Assembly: GCA_040767085.1 (NCBI GenBank)
Contig: JAXGPF010000019.1
Coordinates: forward strand, 1 to 49,604
Length of the DNA stretch: 49,604 bases
Origin: Kiritimatiellia bacterium
GTDB taxonomy: Bacteria > Verrucomicrobiota > Kiritimatiellia > JAAZAB01
Direction of reading: 5' to 3'
Every line of letters starts with the position of its first letter. Position 1 is the first letter of the stretch. The notes under the pieces are model-generated. The model ran no database searches. It worked only from the letters and a program-made list of their open reading frames with translations, and was not told the DNA's origin. Shown one piece after another: positions 1-9,403 of the stretch. A program made the position numbers and the translations under genes.

Positions 1-71
1 CGAATAATATCATCAATGGCTGTATATTAAAACATTGTAATGCAAACTTGGAATCCCGTCACGGATTCAGG
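1..71. mobile_element. End of an IS1380-related element or MITE, cut by the window edge
   Basis: Ends in ...aatcccgtcacggattcagg. Its last 17 nt match the IS1380 right end (24295-24311), and its last 20 nt are the reverse complement of the MITE left end (44304-44323). Confidence 0.65.
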
Positions 72-285
72 CGGAAGATAGCGGATGCCGGAACGTTCCT
101 GGACCGCCATTGTAAGTAATTTTAACATAAAGCGGAAGAAGATAACGAAGGCAAATCATCGGCAGAACCGAAGAATACTTTCTCAGACCCGGATTAGCCG
201 GAAAGCATTTTTTTATTGCATAATGCCTGATCAGCCTGTAAATTACGCTTCAGAAGTGCAATATAACCCATCAAATGGAGAAACT

Positions 286-654
286 ATGCCGCAGAAACCT
301 AAATTCAACGAAGAACAAGCGCAAACGATGGTGGAAATGTACAAAAGCGGTACGCCGATCAAGGCTATTGCCCGCGAAATGGATACTTCCCCCATTACCG
401 TGAAAAGTTACCTGAAAAAGGCCGGCCTGCGCAAACGTCCCGGCAAAAAAGGCGCGCCGAAAAAAGGACGCGCAAAAGCCGTACGGACGGCATCCGCGGG
501 CAAAGCTCCCGCCAAGTCCGGCACGCTGGCCCAGCTCGTCGGTCAATTGAAACAAACCGAAGCGGAAATCGCCGGTCTGCAGAAATGCCTTGCGCAGGCT
601 GTCGCGCAACAGGCCCGGCAGCTGGAACTGCTGAAGGAGATGGTGAAAATATAA
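286..654 (+). CDS. Small basic helix-turn-helix protein with Lys/Ala-rich linker and C-terminal coiled coil
   Basis: ATG at 286 after GGAG. 'MYKSGTPIKAIAREMDTSPITVKSYLKK' looks like an HTH, followed by KKAGLRKRPGKKGAPKKGRAK and a heptad-like C-terminus. Confidence 0.7.
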   Translation: MPQKPKFNEEQAQTMVEMYKSGTPIKAIAREMDTSPITVKSYLKKAGLRKRPGKKGAPKKGRAKAVRTASAGKAPAKSGTLAQLVGQLKQTEAEIAGLQKCLAQAVAQQARQLELLKEMVKI

Positions 655-726
655 CTCCGAATGCTTTCCCGGTGACGATTGCCGCTTAGGCCATAGCCGC
701 CCCCGGGCGCAGCTTGATTTGTCGCG

Positions 727-764
727 AAGGACAACCCGCTTCCGGGCGGGTTGTCCTTTTTTTT
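727..764 (+). terminator. Rho-independent terminator
   Basis: 13-bp stem aaggacaacccgc / gcgggttgtcctt followed by a T run. Confidence 0.85.
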
Positions 765-927
765 GAACTTGCAAACCATCCCGCCTGGAGTACACTGGAT
801 TTTTTGGCTTGTCCGGCAGCCGCATTCCCGCAGCCTTGTCCGCTGCGCCCGGCATGGTTTCCAGGCCGAGGACCAATGGCTGTTTTGCACCCGGGCAACA
901 CGAAATCATACACCAGGAGGAGCATGC

Positions 928-2175
928 ATGAAACTGACCCATAAAAAATTCCAGGACGATGGTAAACTGTCCCTGGAAGTCGCCGGCTTGAAATTCAAGA
1001 ATAATTTCATTGTTGCCTCCGGTCCGACCGTCAAATGGCCGGAACATTTGATCGCGGCCGAGGAATCCGGCTGGGCCGGCGCCAGCCTGAAACTGGCTTT
1101 CGATCCCGAACCCTACATCAGCCTGCCGCCGCGCTACCGCTATTTCAACGACCAGAAATACCACGCCTTCACCGCCGAGAAACGCCTGACTTTCGAAGCC
1201 TGCCTGCGCCTGATCGAGCAGGGCCGCAAAGCCACCCGCGATCTGGTCCTGTTCGCCAACATCACCTACGTCGGCGACAAGCCCGGATTGACCGGCTGGG
1301 AAGACATGGCCCGGTCCGCCGAGCGCGCCGGCGCTCACGCCATTGAACTGAACATGTGCTGCCCCAACATGTCCTTCAACGTCACCCTCACGGAAAACGA
1401 CCGCACCGCGCAAACCGGGGCAAGCATGGGGCAGAACGCCGCGGCCGTCAGCATGATCGCCGCGGCCGTGAAAAACGCCGTGCGCATCCCGGTGTTCGTC
1501 AAAATCACCCCGGAAGGCGGCCGGATTGCCGACGTCGCCATGGCCTGCTACGACAAGGGCATTCCCTGCGTCTGCTCCGTCGCCAACCGGCTGGCCATCG
1601 CCGATTTCGACGTGGATTGCATCGAGCAGGGCCCCTACCGCCTGCAGGACGAGCCCACCCTGGCTTGCTTCTCCGGGCCCTGGATCAAGCCGCTGGCCCT
1701 GCGCGACGTTTATGAAATCCGGCGCAAAGCCGGCCCGGCGCATTGCATTCTCGGCACCGGCGGCATTGCCGGCTGGCGGGATGCCGTGCAAATGATCATG
1801 TGCGGCGCCGACCTGATCGGCGTCTGCACGGAAACGATGTTGAAGGGTTTTGACTTCCTGCCGCGCTGGCTCAAGGGCATGCGCGAATTCATGGACAAAC
1901 ATGGTTACCAGACCTATCGCGACTTCCGCGACCTGGCGGCGCAGCGCGTCACTTCCGCCGACCGGCTCACCCTGCATGCCGGCTACGCCGAGGTGGATGC
2001 CGCCCGCTGCACCGGCTGCGGCCTCTGCGAAAAAGTCGGCCATTGCAACGCCATCAAGATCGTCAACCGCAAGAGCGTGATTGACCGTGAAAAATGCCTG
2101 GCTTGTTCCACCTGCGTGGATGTCTGCCCGGTGCAGGCTATCTCCATGCGCGACAATGGCATCCTGAAAAAATAA
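928..2175 (+). CDS. Dihydropyrimidine dehydrogenase subunit PreA-like FMN enzyme with C-terminal 4Fe-4S ferredoxin domain
   Basis: AGGAGG RBS; NNFIVASGP, ELNMCCPN, VFVKITP, SGPWIKPLAL and GTGGI motifs; C-terminal CTGCGLC and CLACSTCVDVCP. Confidence 0.85.
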   Translation: MKLTHKKFQDDGKLSLEVAGLKFKNNFIVASGPTVKWPEHLIAAEESGWAGASLKLAFDPEPYISLPPRYRYFNDQKYHAFTAEKRLTFEACLRLIEQGRKATRDLVLFANITYVGDKPGLTGWEDMARSAERAGAHAIELNMCCPNMSFNVTLTENDRTAQTGASMGQNAAAVSMIAAAVKNAVRIPVFVKITPEGGRIADVAMACYDKGIPCVCSVANRLAIADFDVDCIEQGPYRLQDEPTLACFSGPWIKPLALRDVYEIRRKAGPAHCILGTGGIAGWRDAVQMIMCGADLIGVCTETMLKGFDFLPRWLKGMREFMDKHGYQTYRDFRDLAAQRVTSADRLTLHAGYAEVDAARCTGCGLCEKVGHCNAIKIVNRKSVIDREKCLACSTCVDVCPVQAISMRDNGILKK

Positions 2176-2233
2176 ACCCCGCCGGCGGCGCCCGGCCGCC
2201 TCCGCCCGGAACGCCGGAGGTCAAAACACCATC

Positions 2234-3538
2234 ATGAAAAAACTCATCAAAAAACACGCCGACCCGAACCAGCTTGACACGATCACCCTGGGCGAAGACG
2301 CCTATCTCGACCAGCTTTACGGCTGCTTCCGCATCCACAACCCGCGCGGCGACGCCTTCACCCCGGAACGGTCCGTGGAGATTGTGGCCCGCAGCGGCCG
2401 CCAGATTGCCGTCACCGTGCCGCGGGCCATGAAGGTGAATTTGCCGGCCGACACCAAGGCCGTCAACTCACCCCTCTTCAAGCTGGAGCGCATCGGCCGG
2501 AACCTGGATACCATGCACCTGCTGACCATGCGCGCCTGCTGGAACCAGACCGACCAGGATATCCTCCGAATGACCGGCATGGACCCCAACGGCTCCTTCG
2601 TGGCCCGGCTGCAGGGCGCCGGCTTTGACATCCCCGTGGGGACTTCCTCGGTGCTGCCCCTGGGCCGCCATAACACCTGGATCGGGATGATCCTGGTCCA
2701 CCCCGAAGCGCGCCGCCAGGGCATCGCCAACGCCATGATGCAGGCTTGCGTCAAATACGCCATTGACCAGGACAAGATCATCAACGGCCTGGACGCTACC
2801 CCCATGGGCAACACCGTTTACGGCGCCGTGGGCTACGTCAACTCCTACCGCATCTGGCGCGCGTTCTACCAACTGGCGGAGTTCGCCGAAGCCCGCTTTG
2901 ACGCCAACCGCGTCAAGACCATGACCGCGGCGGACCTGGACGCCGTCATCCGCTACGATGCCGCCGCCTTCCTGGAACGCGAAAACATCATGCGCCGGCT
3001 GTTCGAAGACGGCGAAGACGGCTGCTTTGTCTATCGCGACGATGCCGGCCTCATCCGCGGCTACTGCTATACCCGCCCCGGACGCCAACGCCCGTTCGTC
3101 GGCCCGTTCATCGCCGATACCGATGAGATTGCGCGCAATTTGCTGACCGCCGCCAGCCAGCACCTGGCGTGCGCGCAATCCGGCCCGACCGCCGGCATTG
3201 ACACCCCGGAATCGAAATTCAACAACCCGGGCGTGTATATCGAGCGGGAATTCGACCAGCAACAGAAACCGTCCGGCCACCGCCTGCTCAAGACCATCAC
3301 GCTCGTGCGCGACTTCACCCGCATGTACCAGCTGGTGGATGAAGCCCGCGCGGAACGATTGGTGCGGGACTTCGCAAAGGCCGAAGGACTGGATGGCCAA
3401 TCCCCGCGTTTGCGCGAGTTCGCGGAAACCATGCATAAATCGGTGTTCAACTACACCGAAACGCTGGGATTCATGACGTTGGAGCGCGAGCGGCTGCAAC
3501 AGAAATTCTGGGGCATCACCGGGCCGGAAAAGGGTTGA
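2234..3538 (+). CDS. GNAT-family N-acetyltransferase (YitH-like two-domain) with extensions
   Basis: WIGMILVHPEARRQGIA acetyl-CoA motif, LDATPMG, and RPGR..FVGPFIA second domain. Confidence 0.8.
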   Translation: MKKLIKKHADPNQLDTITLGEDAYLDQLYGCFRIHNPRGDAFTPERSVEIVARSGRQIAVTVPRAMKVNLPADTKAVNSPLFKLERIGRNLDTMHLLTMRACWNQTDQDILRMTGMDPNGSFVARLQGAGFDIPVGTSSVLPLGRHNTWIGMILVHPEARRQGIANAMMQACVKYAIDQDKIINGLDATPMGNTVYGAVGYVNSYRIWRAFYQLAEFAEARFDANRVKTMTAADLDAVIRYDAAAFLERENIMRRLFEDGEDGCFVYRDDAGLIRGYCYTRPGRQRPFVGPFIADTDEIARNLLTAASQHLACAQSGPTAGIDTPESKFNNPGVYIEREFDQQQKPSGHRLLKTITLVRDFTRMYQLVDEARAERLVRDFAKAEGLDGQSPRLREFAETMHKSVFNYTETLGFMTLERERLQQKFWGITGPEKG

Positions 3539-3552
3539 CCCGCCAGGGCCCT

Positions 3553-4008
3553 TTACGGTTCATTCCGGCTGCGCAGCTCGATGGTCACCGGGCCATCGTT
3601 GACGATCGTCACCGACATCTTCGCCTGGAATTGCCCCGTGACCACCCGCGCGCTGCCCAGTATCTTGCGTAATTCCGCAACGTAGCATGCATACAGTTGC
3701 CGGGCGATTTCCGCGGGCGCGGCCAGTTCGAATCCGGGCCGGTTGCCGCGCCGGGTGTCGGCATGCAAAGTGAACTGGGAAATCACCAGCACGCTGCCGT
3801 CCACCTGCGGCAGCGCCAGGTTCATCCGGTCATGCTCGTCGGAAAAAATCCGCAAGGCGGCGGTCTTGCCGGCCAAATACACGGCCTCGCCCTCCGTATC
3901 CCCCTGGCGCACCCCAAGCAATACCACGAATCCTGCTCCGATCCGCGCCAGTTCCCGGCCCTCCACCGTCACGGCGCCGGCGCTTACCCGCTGAATCAAT
4001 GCTTTCAT
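3553..4008 (-). CDS. dtd: D-aminoacyl-tRNA deacylase
   Basis: MKALIQRV start, SQFTL and NDGPVT signatures. True start is 4008; the upstream extension in the ORF track comes from the IS end and duplicated target. Confidence 0.95.
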   Translation of the reverse strand: MKALIQRVSAGAVTVEGRELARIGAGFVVLLGVRQGDTEGEAVYLAGKTAALRIFSDEHDRMNLALPQVDGSVLVISQFTLHADTRRGNRPGFELAAPAEIARQLYACYVAELRKILGSARVVTGQFQAKMSVTIVNDGPVTIELRSRNEP

Positions 4009-4106
4009 ATCTACATTTGTCTGTTCGTAACAAGTCAAGTGTCCGCTTTTTGTAACAAGTGATCTGTCCGATTTGTTATTGTGTGTTGTTGCTCCTGGGG
4101 TGAGGA

Positions 4107-4132
4107 TTTTCCTCCCCCGCGGGGGAGGAAAA
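4107..4132. terminator. Perfect palindrome downstream of the transposase (also at 20232-20257)
   Basis: ttttcctcccccgcgggggaggaaaa is a perfect 26-bp inverted repeat; terminator function is inferred. Confidence 0.45.
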
Positions 4133-4135
4133 AGT

Positions 4136-5320
4136 TTATGCGACGTCCTCCAGCGACGCCGAAATGTTCAACGGTCCTTGGTAGCGGCCAACCACATGCG
4201 GGCCATAACGGATGGACACCGTGCCATCGAGGTGCTCGCAGACTTTAACCCGGCACTTGGCGAAGCTGAAACGCCATTTTGATGGTCCAATCTGCAAGCG
4301 GCGACTCCCGACAGCCACGGTATTGTCATTTTGAACCTCTCGCGCATGCTGCACACAGAAAATGCTGTCCAAATCCTGCTCACCGCAAGGCACGAAACAC
4401 GTTCCTGTTTCCCGCGCCTTCACCTTCATGTTGCGATTGAAGGAAGGCAGAAACTGTTGTTGAATATAGACGTTGGCCTCGGCCATCGTCCGGATTCCCG
4501 CCTGCCTTAATTCCTGCGGCAGGCGCCCTTGCCAGGTCTTAAACATCCGCTCTATTCGCCCACGTCCCTGGGGGCTATAGCTCGGAATATGTTCGATCCC
4601 CAACTGTTGCAACGCCCGTCCAATTTGCGTCAATTGACGCCGGTCCACCGCCCCGCCTTCTTTGGGCGTATAAAAGAAATGACTGCCACGATCCGTGTAC
4701 AGACTGCAGAAAACCCCATGTTTAATAATGACTTCTTTCAACCCCTTCATCACCGTTAATGTCCCTTCCTGGGGCACAAGATAGGCCGTGTAGACTTCGC
4801 TGGTGGCATCGTCCATCACCAGGATCAGATCCTGCTTCTGGCCCGCCAGCAGGGGCAACCAGGCATGGGTGCTGCCATCCACCATCAACATCATCCCCGC
4901 CATTGGTCGCCGTTCCCGCTGCTGCCGATGCGGCCCTCGTTTCCGGGCCTTCGCCACCAACCCGGCCGTCTGCAAGGCGCTCTTGACCCACTGATAACTG
5001 AGCTCGATCCCATGCTCCGCCTGCAGCTTCTCGTGAAAATGCCTCACATTGAAATCCATGTATTCTTCTCGGTACAACCTCAGCACCTGCTTCACCGTCG
5101 CAAGGGGCACGCGCCGCGGCCCCGGTATCTTCCGCCGACGATCCAGCAGCCCGTCGTAACCATACCGCTCGTAGCGCCCTTTCCAGCGCCGCATGGTCCG
5201 GTAGCTCACACCTAGTATCTCCGCCGCCTCCCACCACATTAACCGCCCTTCAATCGCACGCAAGATCACTTCCTGTACCTTCATTGCCCGCTCCAGTGCT
5301 GCCTTCGGATATTCATCCAT
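4136..5320 (-). CDS. DDE transposase (ISNCY/IS1202 type)
   Basis: N-terminal HTH, DGSTHAW, MDDATS, YTDRGSHF, SPQGRGRIERMFKTWQGRL. Start 5320 preferred (alternative 5371). Confidence 0.93.
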   Translation of the reverse strand: MDEYPKAALERAMKVQEVILRAIEGRLMWWEAAEILGVSYRTMRRWKGRYERYGYDGLLDRRRKIPGPRRVPLATVKQVLRLYREEYMDFNVRHFHEKLQAEHGIELSYQWVKSALQTAGLVAKARKRGPHRQQRERRPMAGMMLMVDGSTHAWLPLLAGQKQDLILVMDDATSEVYTAYLVPQEGTLTVMKGLKEVIIKHGVFCSLYTDRGSHFFYTPKEGGAVDRRQLTQIGRALQQLGIEHIPSYSPQGRGRIERMFKTWQGRLPQELRQAGIRTMAEANVYIQQQFLPSFNRNMKVKARETGTCFVPCGEQDLDSIFCVQHAREVQNDNTVAVGSRRLQIGPSKWRFSFAKCRVKVCEHLDGTVSIRYGPHVVGRYQGPLNISASLEDVA

Positions 5321-5523
5321 ATAACCCCCCTTTGAATGCACCATCCTGACAGCTTTAAGCGGACAAATCATTTGTTAATTATGCGGCCAAGTCATTTGTT
5401 TACGACACATATCTACATTTGTCTTGCCTTGCCGCGTTAAAAGTATTATAAGTAAATTTCATTTTTTGCCGTCCCGGCAAATCCGGGAGCGCGGCGCCGC
5501 CCCAGCGATAGGGATGTATCAAA

Positions 5524-6588
5524 ATGGGTGAAAAAATCAAGATAGGAATCGTCGGTTCAAAGTTCGCCGCGGATTTTCACGCCGACAGTTACAGCCGTAA
5601 TCCCCGCGTGCAAATCGCAGCGGTGGCGGCCATCGACAACCTGGAGCCATTTGCGGCGAAATGGAAGATCCCCAAAACTTACACCGATTACCGCGAGATG
5701 CTCGCCCGCGAGCAACTGGACCTGGTGTCCGTCTGCGCCCCCAACTTTCTGCACCATGACATCGTCATCGCCGCCGCCCAGGCCAAGCGCCACGTTTTCT
5801 GCGAGAAACCGCTGGCCACCAGCCCAGCCGACGCCCGCGCCATGCGCGAAGCCTGCCGCCGGGCCGGCGTGCTGCTGTTCTACGGCGAAGACTGGTGTTT
5901 TGCCCCGGCGCTCCGCCGCGCGCTCGCCCTCGTCCAGGAAGGCGCCCTCGGCAAGCTGCTTTACGTCAAGGCCAAGGAATGCCATAACGGCACCCACAGC
6001 CCGTTCGCCCGCGACAAGAAAACCTGCGGCGGCGGCTGCCTGATCCACCTGGCCATCCACCCCATCGGCTGGATTCTGCACCTGCTGGGCGACGGCGGAC
6101 GCAACAAGGTGGTGGAAGTGTTCGCCCGCTGCAATGGCGGCATGGAAGACAACTACGTCCACAAGCAGAATGGCGGCGAGGACTTTTCCCTGGGGATCAT
6201 GAAGTTCGCCAATGGCGAGCATGCCCTGATCGAAGGCAACTACATCACCGTCGGCGGCATGGACGATAAGGTGGAAATTTACGGCGCGGAAGGCAATCTC
6301 AAGGCCGATTTGACCTTCGGCTCGTGCCTGAACGTCTACAGCCGCCCGGGCTACCAGTACGCCATGGAAAATGCCGACAACACCCTGGGCTGGACCAAAC
6401 CGGCGGTGGACGAATTTTTCAACCTGGGCTATGTTGACGAACTGGCCTACGCCGTGGACTGTGTGATCAACCGGCGCCAGCCCATGTATGGCTGCAGCGC
6501 GGACCTGGGCGTGGCCTGCATCGAAATCATCGGCGCCATGTACGAGTCCAACGCCCGGGGCGCCGTCGTGCGCGGGCAGTGGGGATGA
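5524..6588 (+). CDS. Gfo/Idh/MocA-family oxidoreductase
   Basis: IKIGIVG Rossmann start, PNFLH, HVFCEKPLA, GGGCLIHLAIH. Confidence 0.9.
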   Translation: MGEKIKIGIVGSKFAADFHADSYSRNPRVQIAAVAAIDNLEPFAAKWKIPKTYTDYREMLAREQLDLVSVCAPNFLHHDIVIAAAQAKRHVFCEKPLATSPADARAMREACRRAGVLLFYGEDWCFAPALRRALALVQEGALGKLLYVKAKECHNGTHSPFARDKKTCGGGCLIHLAIHPIGWILHLLGDGGRNKVVEVFARCNGGMEDNYVHKQNGGEDFSLGIMKFANGEHALIEGNYITVGGMDDKVEIYGAEGNLKADLTFGSCLNVYSRPGYQYAMENADNTLGWTKPAVDEFFNLGYVDELAYAVDCVINRRQPMYGCSADLGVACIEIIGAMYESNARGAVVRGQWG

Positions 6589-6618
6589 TTTTTAAACAAC
6601 CATATAAGGAATAACACC

Positions 6619-7467
6619 ATGCAAAAACAAACTACCGCCAATCTCGCCCAGCTCTTTTCATTGGAAGGCAAAGTCGCGGCCGTCACCGGCGCCGGCGGCG
6701 TCCTGTTCGGAGCCGTGGCCCGCGGACTGGCTGGCCTGGGCGTGAAAGTCGCGGCCCTGGATTTGCGCCTGGCGGAGGCGCAGCAGACCGCCGACGACAT
6801 TACCGCCAAGGGCGGCGAAGCGTTCGGACACGCAATCGATGTGCTCAAATCCGAGAGCGTCGCGGCCGCCCGCGATGCCGTGCTGGCAAAATACGGCCGG
6901 GTGGATATCCTGATCAACGGCGCCGGCGGCAACCACCCCAAGTCCATCACCAAAAAAGAAGCCAACATTTATTTCAGCGACCTGACGGTGGACGGCATCA
7001 AGTTCACCTTTGACTTGAACATCATGGGGACCATCATCCCCTCCATGATCTTCGGCAAGACCATGATCGAGCAGGGCGAAGGCGTGATTATCAACACCTC
7101 CTCCATGAGCGCCGATACCCCCCTGTCGCGTACACCCGCCTACTCCGCCGCTAAGGCCGGCATCAGCAACTTTACCAAGTGGCTGGCCGCCGATATGGCC
7201 ATGAACCATTCCCCGAAAATCCGCGTCAACGAAATCCGACCCGGCTTCTTCCCGACCCTGCAGAATGCCGACCTGATCAACAAAACGCCGGGCGTGCTGA
7301 CGGATTCCCGTGGCAAGGATATCCTGGGCGGCACGCCCATGAAACGCTACGGCAAGCCGGAAGAATTGCTCGGCGGCATCGTTTACCTCTGCTCGCCCTC
7401 CGCCGTGTTCACCACCGGAGCCAGCCTGGCGATTGACGGCGGGTTCGGCTCTTTCTGCGGCGTTTGA
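6619..7467 (+). CDS. SDR-family oxidoreductase, D-mannonate oxidoreductase-like
   Basis: TGAGGVL, ILINGAGGNHP, YSAAK catalytic motif, VNEIRPGFF. Confidence 0.85.
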   Translation: MQKQTTANLAQLFSLEGKVAAVTGAGGVLFGAVARGLAGLGVKVAALDLRLAEAQQTADDITAKGGEAFGHAIDVLKSESVAAARDAVLAKYGRVDILINGAGGNHPKSITKKEANIYFSDLTVDGIKFTFDLNIMGTIIPSMIFGKTMIEQGEGVIINTSSMSADTPLSRTPAYSAAKAGISNFTKWLAADMAMNHSPKIRVNEIRPGFFPTLQNADLINKTPGVLTDSRGKDILGGTPMKRYGKPEELLGGIVYLCSPSAVFTTGASLAIDGGFGSFCGV

Positions 7468-7540
7468 AACACCTTGCCGCAGGCCGGATGCTGCCCGCGC
7501 GGCATTGGCGGTTTAAACCTTACCGGAGTTTTCGGAAATT

Positions 7541-8518
7541 ATGTCATTTGAAGTTGTGATCGCCGACGACCGTTATCCTGATTACAAGGAAGAAACCGCC
7601 GTGCTGCAGCCGCTGGGCGCCCGCCTGGCGTTCGTTAAATCCGCCGACCCGGCCGCCCTGCTCCACGCCGGACGCAATGCCGACGCCATCATCGTCAACC
7701 TGGCGCCCCTGCCGGCCATCGTCGTTAATGGCCTGACCCGCTGCCGCGTGATCTCGCGCTACGGCGTGGGATACGACAACGTGGACATCGCCGCCGCCAC
7801 GGCCCGCGGCATCTGGGTGGCCAACGTTCCGGACTACTGCGGCGAAGATGTCTCCGACCAGGCCTTCGCACTGTGGATGAGTTGCGTGCGCAATGTCGCC
7901 CGCCGCGACCGCGATGTGCGCGCCGGCGTCTGGGACATCAACATGGGCGCCCCGCAATGGCGCGTCAAGGGCAAGACCTTCGTCTTCTGCGGGTTCGGCC
8001 AGATCGCCCGCATCCTGCGCCGCAAGCTGACCGGGTTCGACCTGGGGCGCATCCTGGTTTATGATCCGTTTCTGGATGAAGCCGCCATCCAGGCCGCCGG
8101 GGCCGAAAAGGTGAACTGGGAAACGGCGCTCAAGGAAGGCGATTATTTCTCCATCCACATGCCGCTGAACGACCAGACCCGGGGCATGTTCAATGCCGCG
8201 GCTTTCCGCATGATGAAAGACACCGCCATCCTGGTCAACACTTCCCGCGGTCCGATCGTGGATGAAGCCGCCTTGTACGAGGCGCTCACCAAGGGCGTGA
8301 TCCATGCTGCCGGCCTGGATGTGTTCGCCCAGGAACCCATCAATTCCGACAATCCCCTCCTGAAACTGAACAACGTCACCCTCTCCGGGCACACCGGATG
8401 GTACACCGAAGAATCCCAGACCGAACTCAAGCGCAAAGCCGCTGAAAACGTCCGGGACGCCCTGACAGGCAATCGCCCCAAATACGCCGTCAACAAGCCC
8501 AACGTCGTCCGGCGCTGA
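7541..8518 (+). CDS. D-2-hydroxyacid dehydrogenase (CtBP-like)
   Basis: RYGVGYDNVD, ANVPDYC, GFGQI, VNTSRGPIVDE, AGLDV. Confidence 0.9.
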   Translation: MSFEVVIADDRYPDYKEETAVLQPLGARLAFVKSADPAALLHAGRNADAIIVNLAPLPAIVVNGLTRCRVISRYGVGYDNVDIAAATARGIWVANVPDYCGEDVSDQAFALWMSCVRNVARRDRDVRAGVWDINMGAPQWRVKGKTFVFCGFGQIARILRRKLTGFDLGRILVYDPFLDEAAIQAAGAEKVNWETALKEGDYFSIHMPLNDQTRGMFNAAAFRMMKDTAILVNTSRGPIVDEAALYEALTKGVIHAAGLDVFAQEPINSDNPLLKLNNVTLSGHTGWYTEESQTELKRKAAENVRDALTGNRPKYAVNKPNVVRR

Positions 8519-8726
8519 CGCGTCCCGCGGTTTCCGATTGAGACGCTCCATCCTCCGGCCCGATTCCGCCGGTCCGGCCCGCATGTTGCGGGCCGTACCG
8601 ATTTGCACGTCGCATCGGGCTTCCTGAATTTTGCTTGACTGCCTGCGGTTTTTCTTGATGATTAACTCCAAGCCCGGGCATTTGCCTGCATGATTCCGCG
8701 CGCCATTAACCAACGGAGGAGCCAGC

Positions 8727-9320
8727 ATGAAACTTATTAAAATCCTCAGCCTCGTCCTGACAGGCATGCTTGCCGGAAACGTTCTCTCCGCGCCGGAACC
8801 CAAAACCCTGCTGGACTCCGTCCAGGGCGACTGGTGCTTTTTCCTGCAGCCTGAATTCATTGCCACCCGCCTGGGCGGCGAAAGCGCTCAAATGGCCGGG
8901 TTGCGGTTCGGCCCATCCCTGGGCCGCACCCTGTATCTTGGATGGGACACTTACGCCCTGATCAGTGATGTTGACCAGGACAACGGGACGGCTTCCGAGG
9001 TGAAAGCGTTCGATTTCTGGCATACCGGGCTGAGCGCCGAATACGTGTTGTTTCCCGGCCAGGTGGTCCATGGCAGCCTGAAATTGCTGGTCGGCGGGGG
9101 CCATCTCTCCGTCCAATCACAGGACGCAGGCTCCGACTCCGCCACCGTCTTCGTCGCCGTCCCGCAGGCCAGCATCATGGTCAGCCTGACCAGGACCATC
9201 GAACTGGGTTGCGGCGCAAGTTACCGCTTCGTTAACGGCTCGAATCTGGACCGATGGGAAAGCTCCGACTTGAGCGATTTCGCCGGCAGCGTCTTCCTGC
9301 GCTGGACGGAAGCGCCGTGA
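8727..9320 (+). CDS. Secreted, probable outer-membrane beta-barrel protein
   Basis: GGAG RBS, signal peptide, alternating amphipathic beta strands, GASYRFV, aromatic-containing C-terminal strand. Confidence 0.65.
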   Translation: MKLIKILSLVLTGMLAGNVLSAPEPKTLLDSVQGDWCFFLQPEFIATRLGGESAQMAGLRFGPSLGRTLYLGWDTYALISDVDQDNGTASEVKAFDFWHTGLSAEYVLFPGQVVHGSLKLLVGGGHLSVQSQDAGSDSATVFVAVPQASIMVSLTRTIELGCGASYRFVNGSNLDRWESSDLSDFAGSVFLRWTEAP

Positions 9321-9403
9321 CTTGCATTGAGCGGAATTCAGATGAATTGCGCTCCAAACGCGCGTTTTGAAATTCGCTCAGGTGATTGCTTTCACTATTG
9401 ATT

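Larger units (their letters stand above)
4022..5407 (-). mobile_element. IS1202-family (ISNCY) insertion sequence, 1386 bp, copy 1
   Basis: TGT...ACA ends with tandem subterminal repeats. Flanked by a 16-bp direct repeat catatctacatttgtc (4006-4021, 5408-5423). Matches 18957-20342. Confidence 0.92.

Noticed and set aside
271-2043. Long antisense ORFs (also 7544-8866, 17416-18396, 31563-33002, 37103-39136)
   Set aside because: Shadow frames of well-supported genes in high-GC DNA, with no recognisable motifs.
4009-4038. N-terminal extension of Dtd (MTCYEQTNVD)
   Set aside because: Encoded by the IS end and duplicated target; the conserved protein starts at 4008.
9328-9380. Imperfect inverted repeat between the beta-barrel and ROK genes
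   Set aside because: Single weak palindrome with no T tract and no other copy in the window.
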